Source: Candidatus Binatia bacterium
GTDB taxonomy: Bacteria; Desulfobacterota; Binatia; DP-6
Direction of reading: 5' to 3'
Length of the DNA: 64,000 bases
NCBI GenBank assembly: GCA_036009625.1
Contig: DASYLJ010000096.1
Location: forward strand, 14,297-78,296
Part shown: positions 10,557 to 19,816 of the stretch, piece after piece
Numbering within the stretch: the first letter of the stretch is position 1
Layout of the letters: every line of letters begins with the position of its first letter
Notes under the pieces: generated by a model
What the model was told of the DNA's origin: nothing
Databases searched by the model: none
What the model saw: the letters and a program-made list of their open reading frames with translations, nothing else
Made by a program: the position numbers and the translations under genes

Positions 10557-10757
10557 ATGCCGAGCCCCGATCTCTGCACCTTCGCCGACGTCGAGGTGGT
10601 GAACGCCACCGGTACCGCGCTGATCGTGCGCGTGAAGCAACTCCGCGTCACCGTTCCACGTCATGACCTCCAGGACGGCACCACCATCCGCAACGACGGC
10701 GACCGCGGCGCGCTCGTCATCCCGCGTTGGTTGGCCGATACGCTCGGCCTCACTTGA
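10557..10757 (+). CDS. Small hypothetical protein (66 aa)
   Basis: Protein-like composition, not Arg-rich. C-terminal GALVIPRWLADTLGL is reminiscent of swapped-hairpin AbrB/MazE-like DNA binders. Weak. Confidence 0.3.
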   Translation: MPSPDLCTFADVEVVNATGTALIVRVKQLRVTVPRHDLQDGTTIRNDGDRGALVIPRWLADTLGLT

Positions 10758-10789
10758 ACCCCCGCAGGCCGTGGCATAGAGCGCGCAGC

Positions 10790-11512
10790 ATGCGTACGAC
10801 GTCGTTGCTGGTCCTGCTCCTCACCGCCCTGCCCGTCTGGGCCGGTGACCTCGCGATCAAGCAGCGCACCACGACGACGTCCGGCGACAAATCGGACGTG
10901 CGCGAGGAGACGCAGTACATCACCGCGACGAAGATGGTGGTGGACGGCTCGGACGCGCGCACCATCGTCGACGTCGACAAGCAGACGGTCACGGTCGCCG
11001 ACAAGGAAAAGAAGACCTGGTTCCAGATGACGTTCGCCGACATGCGCGAGCAGGCCGAGTCGGTGCAGAAGCAGATCGAGAAGATGCCGCCCGAGGCCCG
11101 CAAGCAGATGGAGGCGATGCTCGGCAAGGACACGCCGGTGACGATCACGCCTACCGGCAAGACCGAGACCATCGCAGGGTACCCCGCCGCCGAGCACACC
11201 GTCGCGGGCGGGCCGTTCAACGGCATCCTGTGGGCGACGACCGCGATCGCCATGCCCGAGGGCATCGTCAAATGGCGCGAGCTGTCGGCGACGACGATGG
11301 CGGCGGAGGGGCCGGGACGACGCCTGTCCGAAGCCCTCGCCAAGGTGAAGGGCGTGCCGTTGCGCACCACGATGACCGCCAAGATGGGACCCAACGAGTT
11401 CACGACGACGGCGGAAGCGGTCGAGGTGAAGGAGATGACCCCGCCGGCGGACCTGATGCGCGTACCCGACGGGTTCACGAAGGTCGAAACCCCGAAGCTG
11501 ACCGACGAGTGA
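10790..11512 (+). CDS. Secreted DUF4412-like hypothetical protein
   Basis: Signal peptide MRTTSLLVLLLTALPVWAG. Lys/Glu/Thr-rich mature region. 240 aa. Confidence 0.65.
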   Translation: MRTTSLLVLLLTALPVWAGDLAIKQRTTTTSGDKSDVREETQYITATKMVVDGSDARTIVDVDKQTVTVADKEKKTWFQMTFADMREQAESVQKQIEKMPPEARKQMEAMLGKDTPVTITPTGKTETIAGYPAAEHTVAGGPFNGILWATTAIAMPEGIVKWRELSATTMAAEGPGRRLSEALAKVKGVPLRTTMTAKMGPNEFTTTAEAVEVKEMTPPADLMRVPDGFTKVETPKLTDE

Positions 11513-11586
11513 TCCGCGTCGTCGGCAGCGACGACACAGCAGATGCGGTTCACCACGATGCGCCGGTGTGGTAACGAACTGCCCCC

Positions 11587-13521
11587 GTGTCGGTGACGAC
11601 GATTCGAATCGTTGCCCTGCTAGGTTTCGTCCTGCTGGCCTGCGGCGCTCACGCGGCGCACGGCCCGGATGCGACGAGCCTGAAGCTCGGCAGCGCCCTG
11701 CGCGAGGCGCCATTCGCCGCACGTTCGTCCGCGCCACGCGTGCAGGCGGCGGAGCCCTGGCGGCAGGGGTCGCGCGTCCACGTCTACGTCCGGGTGCGGT
11801 CGACCGACGCCGACGTCTTGAGCGCGCTGCGCGCGCGCGGGCTCGAGGTCGTCGTCGTGAGCGACGTCTTCGGCGGCCTCGTCGATGGATGGGCCGACGC
11901 GTCGACGCTCCCGGCGATCGCTGCGCTGCCGGCCGTGACGATGATCCGCCCGGTGGCACCGCCGGTGACGGATGCCGGTGCCGTCGTCACCGCGGGCGAC
12001 GCCGCGCTCCGTGCCGATGCGGTGCGCGCCGGCGGCTTCACCGGCGCCGGCGTTCCGTTGGGACTCATCTCCGACGGCATCTCGTCCGCGGCGATGTTCC
12101 AGAGCACCGGCGAGCTGCCCGCCATCACCGTGCCGCCGGATCCGCGCTGCAGCAGCTTCGACGGCGACGAAGGCACCGCCATGCTCGAGATCGTGCACGA
12201 CGTCGCCCCCGACGCCGGCCCGCTCTTCTTCGCGTCGTTCGGGCAGAGCGGTGCCTTCATGGCCGAGGCGGTGCGCTGTCTCGCCGACGCCGGCGCGCGC
12301 GTCATCGTCGACGACGTGACGTTCGGCGACGAGCCGTTCTTTCAGGACGGTCCGCTCGCCATCGCGGCGCGCGAGGTGGTGCAACGCGGCGTGACCTACC
12401 ACACCTCCGCCGGCAATCGCGGGCGCGAGTTCCTCGAGGAGCCCCTCGTGGCGACCGTCTTCGGGCCGCCCCTCGGCGTCATCCACGACTTCGATCCGGC
12501 GAACGGCGGTGATCCGGGCAACGAGGTCCTGATCGGTGCCGGTGGTGGCGCCAGCTGCGTGCTGCAGTGGAACGAGCCGTTCGGGGCGGCCGCCACCGAT
12601 CTCGACCTGTTGGTCGTCCAGAACGACCCGAACAACGTCATCGCCAAGAGCGACAACCCGCAGACCGGGATGCAGGACCCGGTCGAGATGGTGCAGATCA
12701 ACAACCCGACGGACACCGACAAGCGCGTCTCGCTCGTCGTGCAGTACTTCAGCGGCGATCCCAATCGGCGCTTCCGCCTGATGTGCTTCCGGTCGCGCGA
12801 GATGGAGCACGTCTCGGCCGAGGGGGCCATCTACGGCCAGCAGGCGGTCGCGGAGGTCATGGCCGTGGCCGCCATCAACATGGGCGACGAGGGACTCGAC
12901 ACGGTGAGCGCCGAGAGCTCGCCCGGTCCGGCGACGATTTTCTTCCCGGCCGCCGAGGTACGCGAGAAGCCCGACATCACCTCGTTCGACGGCGTCGAGA
13001 CCGCGGTCGGGCAGGCCGGGCTGTTTCCGAATCCGTTTTTCGGCACGTCCGCCGCGGCCCCGCACGCCGGGGCCGTCGCCGCGCTCATGCTGAGCAAGAA
13101 CCCGTCGCTCTCGCCGGCGCAGATCCAGCAGATCATGAAGGCGACGGCGGTCGACATCGGCGCGCCCGGCTTCGACCGACGGGCCGGCGCGGGCCGACTC
13201 GACGCGCTCGCCGCGGTCGCCGGCGTGCCCTGCCCCGACGTCGATGCGCTGCCCGCCCAGGCGTCCTGCGGCGGCGACAAGGCCCCGAAGCCCGCCCTCG
13301 CCGCGTATCGGTCGGCGCGGCGTCAGCTCGTCGCCGCCACGGGGACGACCGGGAAGAAGGCCTCCCGGAAGGCCGCCGCCGCGTTCAGGCTGGTCGCGAA
13401 GGGCCAGCGGATCGTCGACAAGCAGGCCGGCAAGGGCAAGGTCACGCCGTCGTGCGCGGCGAGCCTGCGCGGTGCCCTGTCGCTGGTCGGAACCGCGCTG
13501 ACCTGTCGATTCCCGGGCTGA
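11587..13521 (+). CDS. Secreted S8 (subtilisin-like) serine peptidase with C-terminal extension
   Basis: GTG start. Signal MSVTTIRIVALLGFVLLACGAHA. Catalytic Ser motif GTSAAAPHAGAVAALML. 644 aa. Confidence 0.8.
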   Translation: MSVTTIRIVALLGFVLLACGAHAAHGPDATSLKLGSALREAPFAARSSAPRVQAAEPWRQGSRVHVYVRVRSTDADVLSALRARGLEVVVVSDVFGGLVDGWADASTLPAIAALPAVTMIRPVAPPVTDAGAVVTAGDAALRADAVRAGGFTGAGVPLGLISDGISSAAMFQSTGELPAITVPPDPRCSSFDGDEGTAMLEIVHDVAPDAGPLFFASFGQSGAFMAEAVRCLADAGARVIVDDVTFGDEPFFQDGPLAIAAREVVQRGVTYHTSAGNRGREFLEEPLVATVFGPPLGVIHDFDPANGGDPGNEVLIGAGGGASCVLQWNEPFGAAATDLDLLVVQNDPNNVIAKSDNPQTGMQDPVEMVQINNPTDTDKRVSLVVQYFSGDPNRRFRLMCFRSREMEHVSAEGAIYGQQAVAEVMAVAAINMGDEGLDTVSAESSPGPATIFFPAAEVREKPDITSFDGVETAVGQAGLFPNPFFGTSAAAPHAGAVAALMLSKNPSLSPAQIQQIMKATAVDIGAPGFDRRAGAGRLDALAAVAGVPCPDVDALPAQASCGGDKAPKPALAAYRSARRQLVAATGTTGKKASRKAAAAFRLVAKGQRIVDKQAGKGKVTPSCAASLRGALSLVGTALTCRFPG

Positions 13522-13590
13522 GGAGTCCCCAAAGTGCCTTCCCTCGCCCGGGCATCCGGGTTAGCGTCCCCGGCCGTGGGTAATTCGACC

Positions 13591-15090
13591 ATGACGACGG
13601 AACACGTCGACGTGCTCATCGTCGGCGCCGGTATCTCCGGTGTGGGGGCCGCGGTCCACCTGCACACGAGGGTCCCCGGCTGCAGCTACGCCATCCTCGA
13701 AGGTCGCCCGTCGATGGGCGGAACGTGGGACCTCTTCCGCTACCCCGGCATCCGCTCCGACAGCGACATGCACACGCTGGGCTACTCCTTCAAACCGTGG
13801 CGCCATGCGAAGGCCATCGCCGACGGCCCCTCGATCCTCGACTACGTGAAGGAGACCGCGGCCGAGTACGGCGTGAACGACCACATCCGCTACGGGCACC
13901 GTGCCACGACCGCCGCCTGGTCGAGCGACGACGCCACCTGGACCGTCGAGGCGGTGCGCAGCGACAGCGGTGAGACCGCCCGCTTCACGTGCAACGTCCT
14001 GCTCATGTGCGCCGGCTACTACAGCTACAAGCAGGGCTTCACGCCGGAGTTCGAGGGTCGCGAACGGTTCACGGGTCGGGTCATCCATCCGCAGCAGTGG
14101 CCGGAGGACCTCGACTACCGCGGCAAGCGGGTGGTGGTGATCGGCTCCGGCGCGACGGCGATGACGCTCATCCCGGCGATGGCGAAGGATGCCGCGCACG
14201 TCGTCATGCTGCAGCGATCGCCCACCTACGTGCTCTCGCAGCCGGCGCGTGACGTGATCGCGAACGCGCTGCGTGCCGTGCTTCCCGCGCACCGCGCCTA
14301 CGCCATCACGCGGTGGAAGAACGTCGTGATGCAGCAGTTCTTCTACGGTCGCTCGCGCACGCACCCCGGTCAGGTGAAGAAGAAGCTCCTGCAGATGGTG
14401 CAGAAGGAGCTCGGTCCCGACTACGACGTCGCGACGCACTTCACGCCGCGCTACGACCCGTGGGACCAGCGCCTCTGCCTCGTCCCCGACAGCGACCTCT
14501 TCAAGGCCATCCGGTCGGGCAAGGCGTCCGTCGTCACCGACCAGATCGAGCGCTTCACCGAGACGGGCATCCGGCTCACGTCCGGCGCGACGCTCGACGC
14601 CGACATCATCGTCACGGCCACCGGCCTGAACCTCGTCGTGCTCGGCGAGATGCAGTTCACGGTCGACGGCGCGCCGGTCGATTTCTCGAAGACGTGGACC
14701 TACAAGGGCATGATGTACTCCGATGTGCCGAACCTGGTCTGCACGTTCGGCTACATCAACGCGTCGTGGACGCTGCGCGCGGACCTCACGTCGGAATGGG
14801 TGTGCCGCGTCCTCCAGCACATGGCGGCGACGGGCACGCGTCGCGTGACGCCGCGTCTGCGCGAGAGCGACGCCGACATGCCGGCCCGTCCCTGGATCGA
14901 TCAGTTCACGTCCGGCTACATGCAGCGCATGATGCATCGCTTCCCGAAGCAGGGTGACCGCGAGCCGTGGATCAACCCGCAGAGCTATCGGCGCGACAGG
15001 AAGATGATGCGCGAGAGCCCGATCGACGACGGCGTGCTGGTGTTCGACGACCCGTCGGCGAGCGCGCGCCGCGAACGCGCCGTCGGGTGA
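13591..15090 (+). CDS. ethA: FAD-containing Baeyer-Villiger monooxygenase, EthA-like
   Basis: MTTEHVDVLIVGAGISGVGAAVHL...SMGGTWDLFRYPGIRSDSDM... matches M. tuberculosis EthA nearly residue-for-residue across the N-terminal region as recalled, not verified by alignment. Second Rossmann VVVIGSGATA. 499 aa. Confidence 0.9.
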   Translation: MTTEHVDVLIVGAGISGVGAAVHLHTRVPGCSYAILEGRPSMGGTWDLFRYPGIRSDSDMHTLGYSFKPWRHAKAIADGPSILDYVKETAAEYGVNDHIRYGHRATTAAWSSDDATWTVEAVRSDSGETARFTCNVLLMCAGYYSYKQGFTPEFEGRERFTGRVIHPQQWPEDLDYRGKRVVVIGSGATAMTLIPAMAKDAAHVVMLQRSPTYVLSQPARDVIANALRAVLPAHRAYAITRWKNVVMQQFFYGRSRTHPGQVKKKLLQMVQKELGPDYDVATHFTPRYDPWDQRLCLVPDSDLFKAIRSGKASVVTDQIERFTETGIRLTSGATLDADIIVTATGLNLVVLGEMQFTVDGAPVDFSKTWTYKGMMYSDVPNLVCTFGYINASWTLRADLTSEWVCRVLQHMAATGTRRVTPRLRESDADMPARPWIDQFTSGYMQRMMHRFPKQGDREPWINPQSYRRDRKMMRESPIDDGVLVFDDPSASARRERAVG

Positions 15091-16368
15091 TCAGGCGCGC
15101 AGCGTTGCCAGGCAACGCTGCGCCCGCGCCACCAGCAGCGCCGTCAATCGATCGACGACGGCGTGGGACAGACCATCGACGCCGGCACGGCGTGCGACGT
15201 CCGTCGCCGCATCGGGAAGCGCCGTCGCCAGGCGCTGCGCCCGGGCGAGCGTCGCATCGGCGTCGAGGTGCAGCTCGGTCGCCAGCTTCACCCAGTGCCG
15301 GCGCGTGATGTTGCGCAGCCGGTACTCGCCGCCGAGCTTCATCGCCAGCTTCATCCGCTCGGGGTCGAGGCTCGGGTACGGCAGGGCGCTGGCGAGATCG
15401 TACAGGGGCGCCAGGCGCGCTCGCCCACCGTCGCCGATCAGGATGGAGTAGTTCTTGGCGTGCGCGTCCGTCCCCGCGACGAGCCAGTTGAAGGCCAGCG
15501 CGTCGACGAAGGTGTCGACGTCGGCGTCGCGCGCCCGCGAGTGCTCGCGCAGCAGATCCGTGATCGTCCGAGCGCCTGGACCGCCCTCGCTCTCGTACTT
15601 CGTGCCCGGCGTCAGCCCCAGCGCCTGGCAGACGTCCTCCTGGTGGACGCGCACGAGGGTCGCGCCGACGCGCACCCGATCGTAGCGCTCGACGACGATG
15701 GCCAGCTCGTCGCCGAAGTGCATGACCCGCGACGTGGCCGTCGGCAGACCGAGCCTGCGGGCGAGCTCGAGGCTGCAATGCTCGTTCTCGATGTGACCGT
15801 CGAGCTCTCCCGACGGTGGCTTCAGGATGTGCGTCGTCGGGCGTCGACCCGAGGGGATGCCCCAGCGTCCGCTCTCGAAGACGAGCGCCGTCTTCGGCTG
15901 CGCACCGGCCAGGCTGAACTGTCCGGCGTCGTCGACCCGGCGCCACGCGCTCTGATCGCCGCGGAGGTCGCGCAGCCGTTCGGCGACGGCAGCGTCGTCG
16001 AGCCAGGCCACCGTTCCCGGTCCGTCGCGCCGTACGACGTCCAGGCGATCGGGCCGGGTGAACTGGACGGCGCCGGCGCAGTCCTCGCCGACGTGCGCGA
16101 TGAGGCCGAAGACGTTGCGTGCCGAGACACGGAAGCGTCGCGCCCAGCGATCGAGGATGTTGGCGTTGTCGGGCAGCAGCCCCCACAGGTAGGCGTCGAC
16201 GACGGCGTGCCCGTGCTCGGCGGCGGCGAGCGGCATGGAGAGCGACAGCGGATAGGCGTCGGCCTGCGAGCGCCAGCCGTCCTCGTAGACGAAGGACAGG
16301 CGACCGCGGCGACGGTGGACCGTGCCGATGACGGCGCCGTCCAGCAGGGCGATCAGGTCGTCACTCAC
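15091..16368 (-). CDS. hipA: Type II toxin HipA-family serine/threonine kinase
   Basis: GTG start overlapping hipB stop (GTGA). N-terminal VSDDLIALLDGAVIGTV... HipA_N. Kinase core with DAHAKNYS catalytic motif. 425 aa. Confidence 0.85.
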   Translation of the reverse strand: MSDDLIALLDGAVIGTVHRRRGRLSFVYEDGWRSQADAYPLSLSMPLAAAEHGHAVVDAYLWGLLPDNANILDRWARRFRVSARNVFGLIAHVGEDCAGAVQFTRPDRLDVVRRDGPGTVAWLDDAAVAERLRDLRGDQSAWRRVDDAGQFSLAGAQPKTALVFESGRWGIPSGRRPTTHILKPPSGELDGHIENEHCSLELARRLGLPTATSRVMHFGDELAIVVERYDRVRVGATLVRVHQEDVCQALGLTPGTKYESEGGPGARTITDLLREHSRARDADVDTFVDALAFNWLVAGTDAHAKNYSILIGDGGRARLAPLYDLASALPYPSLDPERMKLAMKLGGEYRLRNITRRHWVKLATELHLDADATLARAQRLATALPDAATDVARRAGVDGLSHAVVDRLTALLVARAQRCLATLRA

Positions 16369-16655
16369 GATCGGGGTCTCCGGGCGGCGTCGACGATCGC
16401 ATCGAGATCGACCGCTGGCCGGCCGGGCGTGCGCGGGGTGGCGGTCTCGTCGGCGACGGTGAGCGTCACGCCGAGCGCCTGCAAGGTTCGAAGCACGAGG
16501 CCGATTCCTGCGCGCGGCTTGCCCTTCTCGATCTCGACGATCCACTGCCGGCTCACCCCGACGTTCCTGGCGAGCGTGACCTGATCCAGATTCTGACGTC
16601 GGCGGTGATCGCGGATGATGGCACCGAGGTCGGTGGGCGTGTTGATGGGCGGCAT
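16365..16655 (-). CDS. hipB: HipB-like XRE-family HTH antitoxin
   Basis: MPPINTPTDLGAIIRDHRRRQNLDQVTLARNVGVSRQWIVEIEKGK is a Cro/C1-type HTH. 96 aa. Directly upstream of and overlapping hipA. Confidence 0.8.
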   Translation of the reverse strand: MPPINTPTDLGAIIRDHRRRQNLDQVTLARNVGVSRQWIVEIEKGKPRAGIGLVLRTLQALGVTLTVADETATPRTPGRPAVDLDAIVDAARRPRS

Positions 16656-16768
16656 GGACCCTCCCGTGGATGTCGTCGATCGGCGACATATTAGCATGTC
16701 TCCGATCGATGACATAGAGTCGCCGATCGGGGACATTTCGACATGTCGCCGATCGGCGACACGGTGAT
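16656..16768. promoter_or_regulatory. Array of four tandem 20-bp palindromic boxes (consensus ATGTCnCCGATCGGnGACAT), putative HipB operators / hipBA promoter
   Basis: Seen directly: ATGTCGTCGATCGGCGACAT, ATGTCTCCGATCGATGACAT, GTCGCCGATCGGGGACAT, ATGTCGCCGATCGGCGACAC at about 24-26 bp spacing between hipB start and the upstream Hsp70-like gene stop. Confidence 0.55.
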
Positions 16769-18028
16769 TCAGCCCGCGGCGCGCAGCGCCAGACCCTTCG
16801 CCACCGTCGTCAGCTCGTCGCCACCACGCAGATTGGCGCGCGCGAAGCGCTCGGCGAAGAGCCTGCGGACGGCCGGGACGAAGGCGGTGCCGCCGGTCAG
16901 GAAGACCGTCGCGACCTCCGCCGGCGGGACATTCGCCGTCGCGAAGAGGCGATCGACGCAGCCGGCGATGGCGTCAACGACCGGGGCGATCCACGCCTCC
17001 ATCTCGATGCGCGTGACGTTGGAGCCGAGCGCGATCGGCGGGGCGTCGAAGCGGAACGCGGCGTGCGTCTCGGTCGACAGCGTGCGCTTGGTGCCTTCGA
17101 TGTCGCCGTGCAGCCGGAACCCGAGGTCGTCGTCGACCAGGTGCATCAGCGCGTCGATCTTCTCCGGTTCGAGCGACTCGTGACGCAGCGTGCGCAGCGT
17201 CTCGAGCGTGTCGCGGGACTTGAGGAACGAGAGCTGATCCCAGCGCTCGACGCGCTCGTAGATCCAGCCCGGCATCGCCAGCTCGTTACCGAACGGCGTG
17301 CGACGCAGGGAGCCTGCCCCGAGCCCGGGCGCGGCGAGGTGACGGATCAAACGGGCATCGAAGGCGTCACCGGCGAGCGCCACGCCGTCGACGCCGAGAA
17401 TCGTGCTGCCGTTCGGACCGAGGCGCACCAGCGAGAAGTCGCTGGTGCCACCACCGAAGTCGCCGATCAGGACCAGCTCCTCGTGATCGAGACGCTGCTG
17501 GTACTGCGTCGCCGCGGCAAGCGGCTCGAGCGCGAACACGACCTCCTCGAAGCCCGCCTGCTGGACGGCGGTGCGGAGCCGCTGCTCGGCGAAGGCGTCG
17601 TCCTCCGGCGTGCGCGCCCCCGAGAAGTGCACGGGCCGACCGACGACCACCGCATGGCCCGGATCGCCCAGCTGTTCGATGGCGGCGCGCCGCAGCGCGC
17701 GCAGGAAGAGCGCGATCAGGTCCTCGAGCCGATACTGCACGCCGAAGAGGTTCGTCGTCGTGAAGTTCCGGCTCGCGAGGTGCGCCTTGATCGACTGGAT
17801 CAGCCGCCCGCGCCCGCCCGTCTCCAGCCACTCCCGAATCGCCGCCGGCCCCGCCGACACCCGCGGCGGCAACCCACTCTCCCCCGGCGCCTCGGGATCG
17901 ATGTAGAGAATCGACCGAAACGTCGCCGTCTGCCCATCGCCCTCCGCGAACGTGGCGAGCCGCGCAGTACCGTTGGGAGCGACGGCAGCAATCGCGCTGT
18001 TGGTGGTACCGAAGTCGAGCCCAAGCAC
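16769..18028 (-). CDS. Hsp70-family (actin-like ATPase) protein, nucleotide-binding domain only
   Basis: GTG start. MLGLDFGTTNSAIA phosphate-1 motif, later IGDFGGGTSDFSLV phosphate-2. Only 419 aa, so no full substrate-binding domain. Confidence 0.8.
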   Translation of the reverse strand: MLGLDFGTTNSAIAAVAPNGTARLATFAEGDGQTATFRSILYIDPEAPGESGLPPRVSAGPAAIREWLETGGRGRLIQSIKAHLASRNFTTTNLFGVQYRLEDLIALFLRALRRAAIEQLGDPGHAVVVGRPVHFSGARTPEDDAFAEQRLRTAVQQAGFEEVVFALEPLAAATQYQQRLDHEELVLIGDFGGGTSDFSLVRLGPNGSTILGVDGVALAGDAFDARLIRHLAAPGLGAGSLRRTPFGNELAMPGWIYERVERWDQLSFLKSRDTLETLRTLRHESLEPEKIDALMHLVDDDLGFRLHGDIEGTKRTLSTETHAAFRFDAPPIALGSNVTRIEMEAWIAPVVDAIAGCVDRLFATANVPPAEVATVFLTGGTAFVPAVRRLFAERFARANLRGGDELTTVAKGLALRAAG

Positions 18029-18166
18029 AGTTCACCAACCCTAGCAGCGATCCACGTGCGTACCACGCATGCCGCGCCGGCTTCGCCGGCCCGCGGCACG
18101 CCGGTCGCGCGGATCACTACCGCGAAACTCTCGCGCCCGACCCGAGCGTCGCTCGGGTCGGCGTGA

Positions 18167-19303
18167 CTACTCCCGGACCAGGATGTGCGCCGCGCAGACG
18201 CTGCCGCCGCCCATCATGTGGCAGAGCCCGGCGCGCGCGTTCGGCACCTGACGCTTGCCGGCTTCGCCGCGGAGCTGGAGCGTCGTCTCCCAGATCTGCG
18301 CCAGACCCGTCGGACCTCCCGGGTGACCGCGCGCGATCAGGCCACCGTCGGTCGAGAACTGCGTCTTGCCGCCGGGGCCGAAGCGGCCTTCCTCGATGTA
18401 CTTCTCGGCCTCGCCCGGTCGGCAGAAGCCGAGCAGCTCGTAGTACTCGAGCTCCTCGATGGCGAAGGCGTCGTGCACCTGCACCAGCTGGATGTCCTCG
18501 GGGCCGATGCCCGCCGCCGGATAGATGGTGGCGGCACAATCACGGCTCATCTGCGCCGGACCGACCACGGGTCCCACGAAGAGATGACCGCGCTCGTACT
18601 TCTCGCTGCCGAGGTACGACGCCGCCACGCGCACGACGGGGCGATCGGGCTGGTGCTGCTTCACGAGATCGGCGCGCGACAGCACGACCGCGGCCGCGCC
18701 GTCGCCGATGGGGCACGACATCATGGCGGTCAGCGGCCACGCCACCATGCGCGAGCCGAGCACCTTCTCGACGGTGACCGTCTCCGACGCCTGGCGCTGG
18801 CTCATCGGGTTCAGCGCGCCGTAGTTCCAGTTCTTGGCGGCGATGGCGGCGAGGTGCTCCATCTTCGTGCCGCGCTCGTGCATGCGACGCGTGGCCCACA
18901 TGGCGAAGAACGCCGCCGGCAGGATGGCCTCGTCCATGTCCTGCGGGTTCGGCGCCGAGCCCATGACCGTGGTCATCTTGTCGAAGCCCAGCACCAGCAC
19001 GCGGTTGTAGTGGCCACCCGAGATGGCGAGATACGCCTCGCGCATGGCACAGGTGCCGGTGGCGGACGCGTTCTCCACGCGCTGCACCGGCACGCCGGTC
19101 ATGCCGATCTCTTTGAGGGCCCGCACGCCCGACATGACCGGCATGAAGAGCTGGCCGATGTAGACGGCGTCGATGTCGTTGAAGCTGATGCCGGCGTCGT
19201 CGAGCGCCGCCAGGCCGGCGTCGCGCGCCATGACGCTGTGGTGGGTGTCCGGGTACATCCCGAACCGGATCATCCCGACGCCGAGAACTGCGACCTTTTC
19301 CAT
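18167..19303 (-). CDS. Thiolase-like protein (SCP-x / lipid-transfer type)
   Basis: MEKVAVLGVGMIRFG N-terminus. Active-site region ASATGTCAMREA (Cys). C-terminal GHPGGPTGL. 378 aa. Confidence 0.85.
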   Translation of the reverse strand: MEKVAVLGVGMIRFGMYPDTHHSVMARDAGLAALDDAGISFNDIDAVYIGQLFMPVMSGVRALKEIGMTGVPVQRVENASATGTCAMREAYLAISGGHYNRVLVLGFDKMTTVMGSAPNPQDMDEAILPAAFFAMWATRRMHERGTKMEHLAAIAAKNWNYGALNPMSQRQASETVTVEKVLGSRMVAWPLTAMMSCPIGDGAAAVVLSRADLVKQHQPDRPVVRVAASYLGSEKYERGHLFVGPVVGPAQMSRDCAATIYPAAGIGPEDIQLVQVHDAFAIEELEYYELLGFCRPGEAEKYIEEGRFGPGGKTQFSTDGGLIARGHPGGPTGLAQIWETTLQLRGEAGKRQVPNARAGLCHMMGGGSVCAAHILVRE

Positions 19304-19308
19304 TGCGA

Positions 19309-19737
19309 TCAACCCTCTGCCGGCCGGAAGCGCAGGATGACGATGTCGCTGCCACCGTCCTCGCGCAGGGCCTCGAGCTCGCCCGTGAGTGCCATGCCGA
19401 CCTTGAACTCCGGCTGCTTGCCCGCGAGCGGCACCTGCAGCCGCGGTCCCTGGGGCAGGTCGACCTGGCCCACGCCGTAGCCCTCCATGTGCTCGATCCG
19501 CATCGAGCCGAAGAGCGGCATGTGCACGAAGGTGAAGCTGTACAGCGTGGCCTTCGCCTCCACCTGCACGTCCTCGGTGTTGCGCGACAGGCACTTCGCG
19601 CACACGAAACGTCGGGGGAAGAAGAACTCGCCGCAGTCCTTGCACCGGGTGCAGCACACCTCGGGGGGGACGCTCGGGTCGTCGGGAATGGTGAAGTAGC
19701 CGGCTTTGAGTGCCTTGCGGGGGCGTACGTCGGTCAT
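19309..19737 (-). CDS. DUF35 OB-fold/zinc-ribbon protein (thiolase partner)
   Basis: CTRCKDCGEFFFPRRFVCAKC zinc ribbon followed by OB-fold. 5 nt upstream of thiolase start, the typical DUF35-thiolase pairing. Confidence 0.75.
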   Translation of the reverse strand: MTDVRPRKALKAGYFTIPDDPSVPPEVCCTRCKDCGEFFFPRRFVCAKCLSRNTEDVQVEAKATLYSFTFVHMPLFGSMRIEHMEGYGVGQVDLPQGPRLQVPLAGKQPEFKVGMALTGELEALREDGGSDIVILRFRPAEG

Positions 19738-19816
19738 GGCGGGTCGGGAGAGTGACATGGCGGCCGCGGGCAAGTCCAGGGTTGCGGGATGCGCGGCCCC
19801 GGTGGCACACCGGAAC

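Noticed and set aside
10661-14937. ORFs 10661-11959(-), 11620-13065(-), 13561-14937(-)
   Set aside because: Antisense to the DUF4412, S8 peptidase and EthA genes. Compositionally non-protein-like (poly-Arg/Gly).
14972-16186. ORF 14972-16186(-), 404 aa
   Set aside because: Out of frame with the HipA ORF (15091-16689), which has a clear kinase translation. This one is Arg-rich junk.
17063-19480. ORFs 17063-18166(+), 18185-19480(+), 17367-18038(-)
   Set aside because: Antisense or out of frame to the Hsp70-like and thiolase genes. Low-complexity translations.
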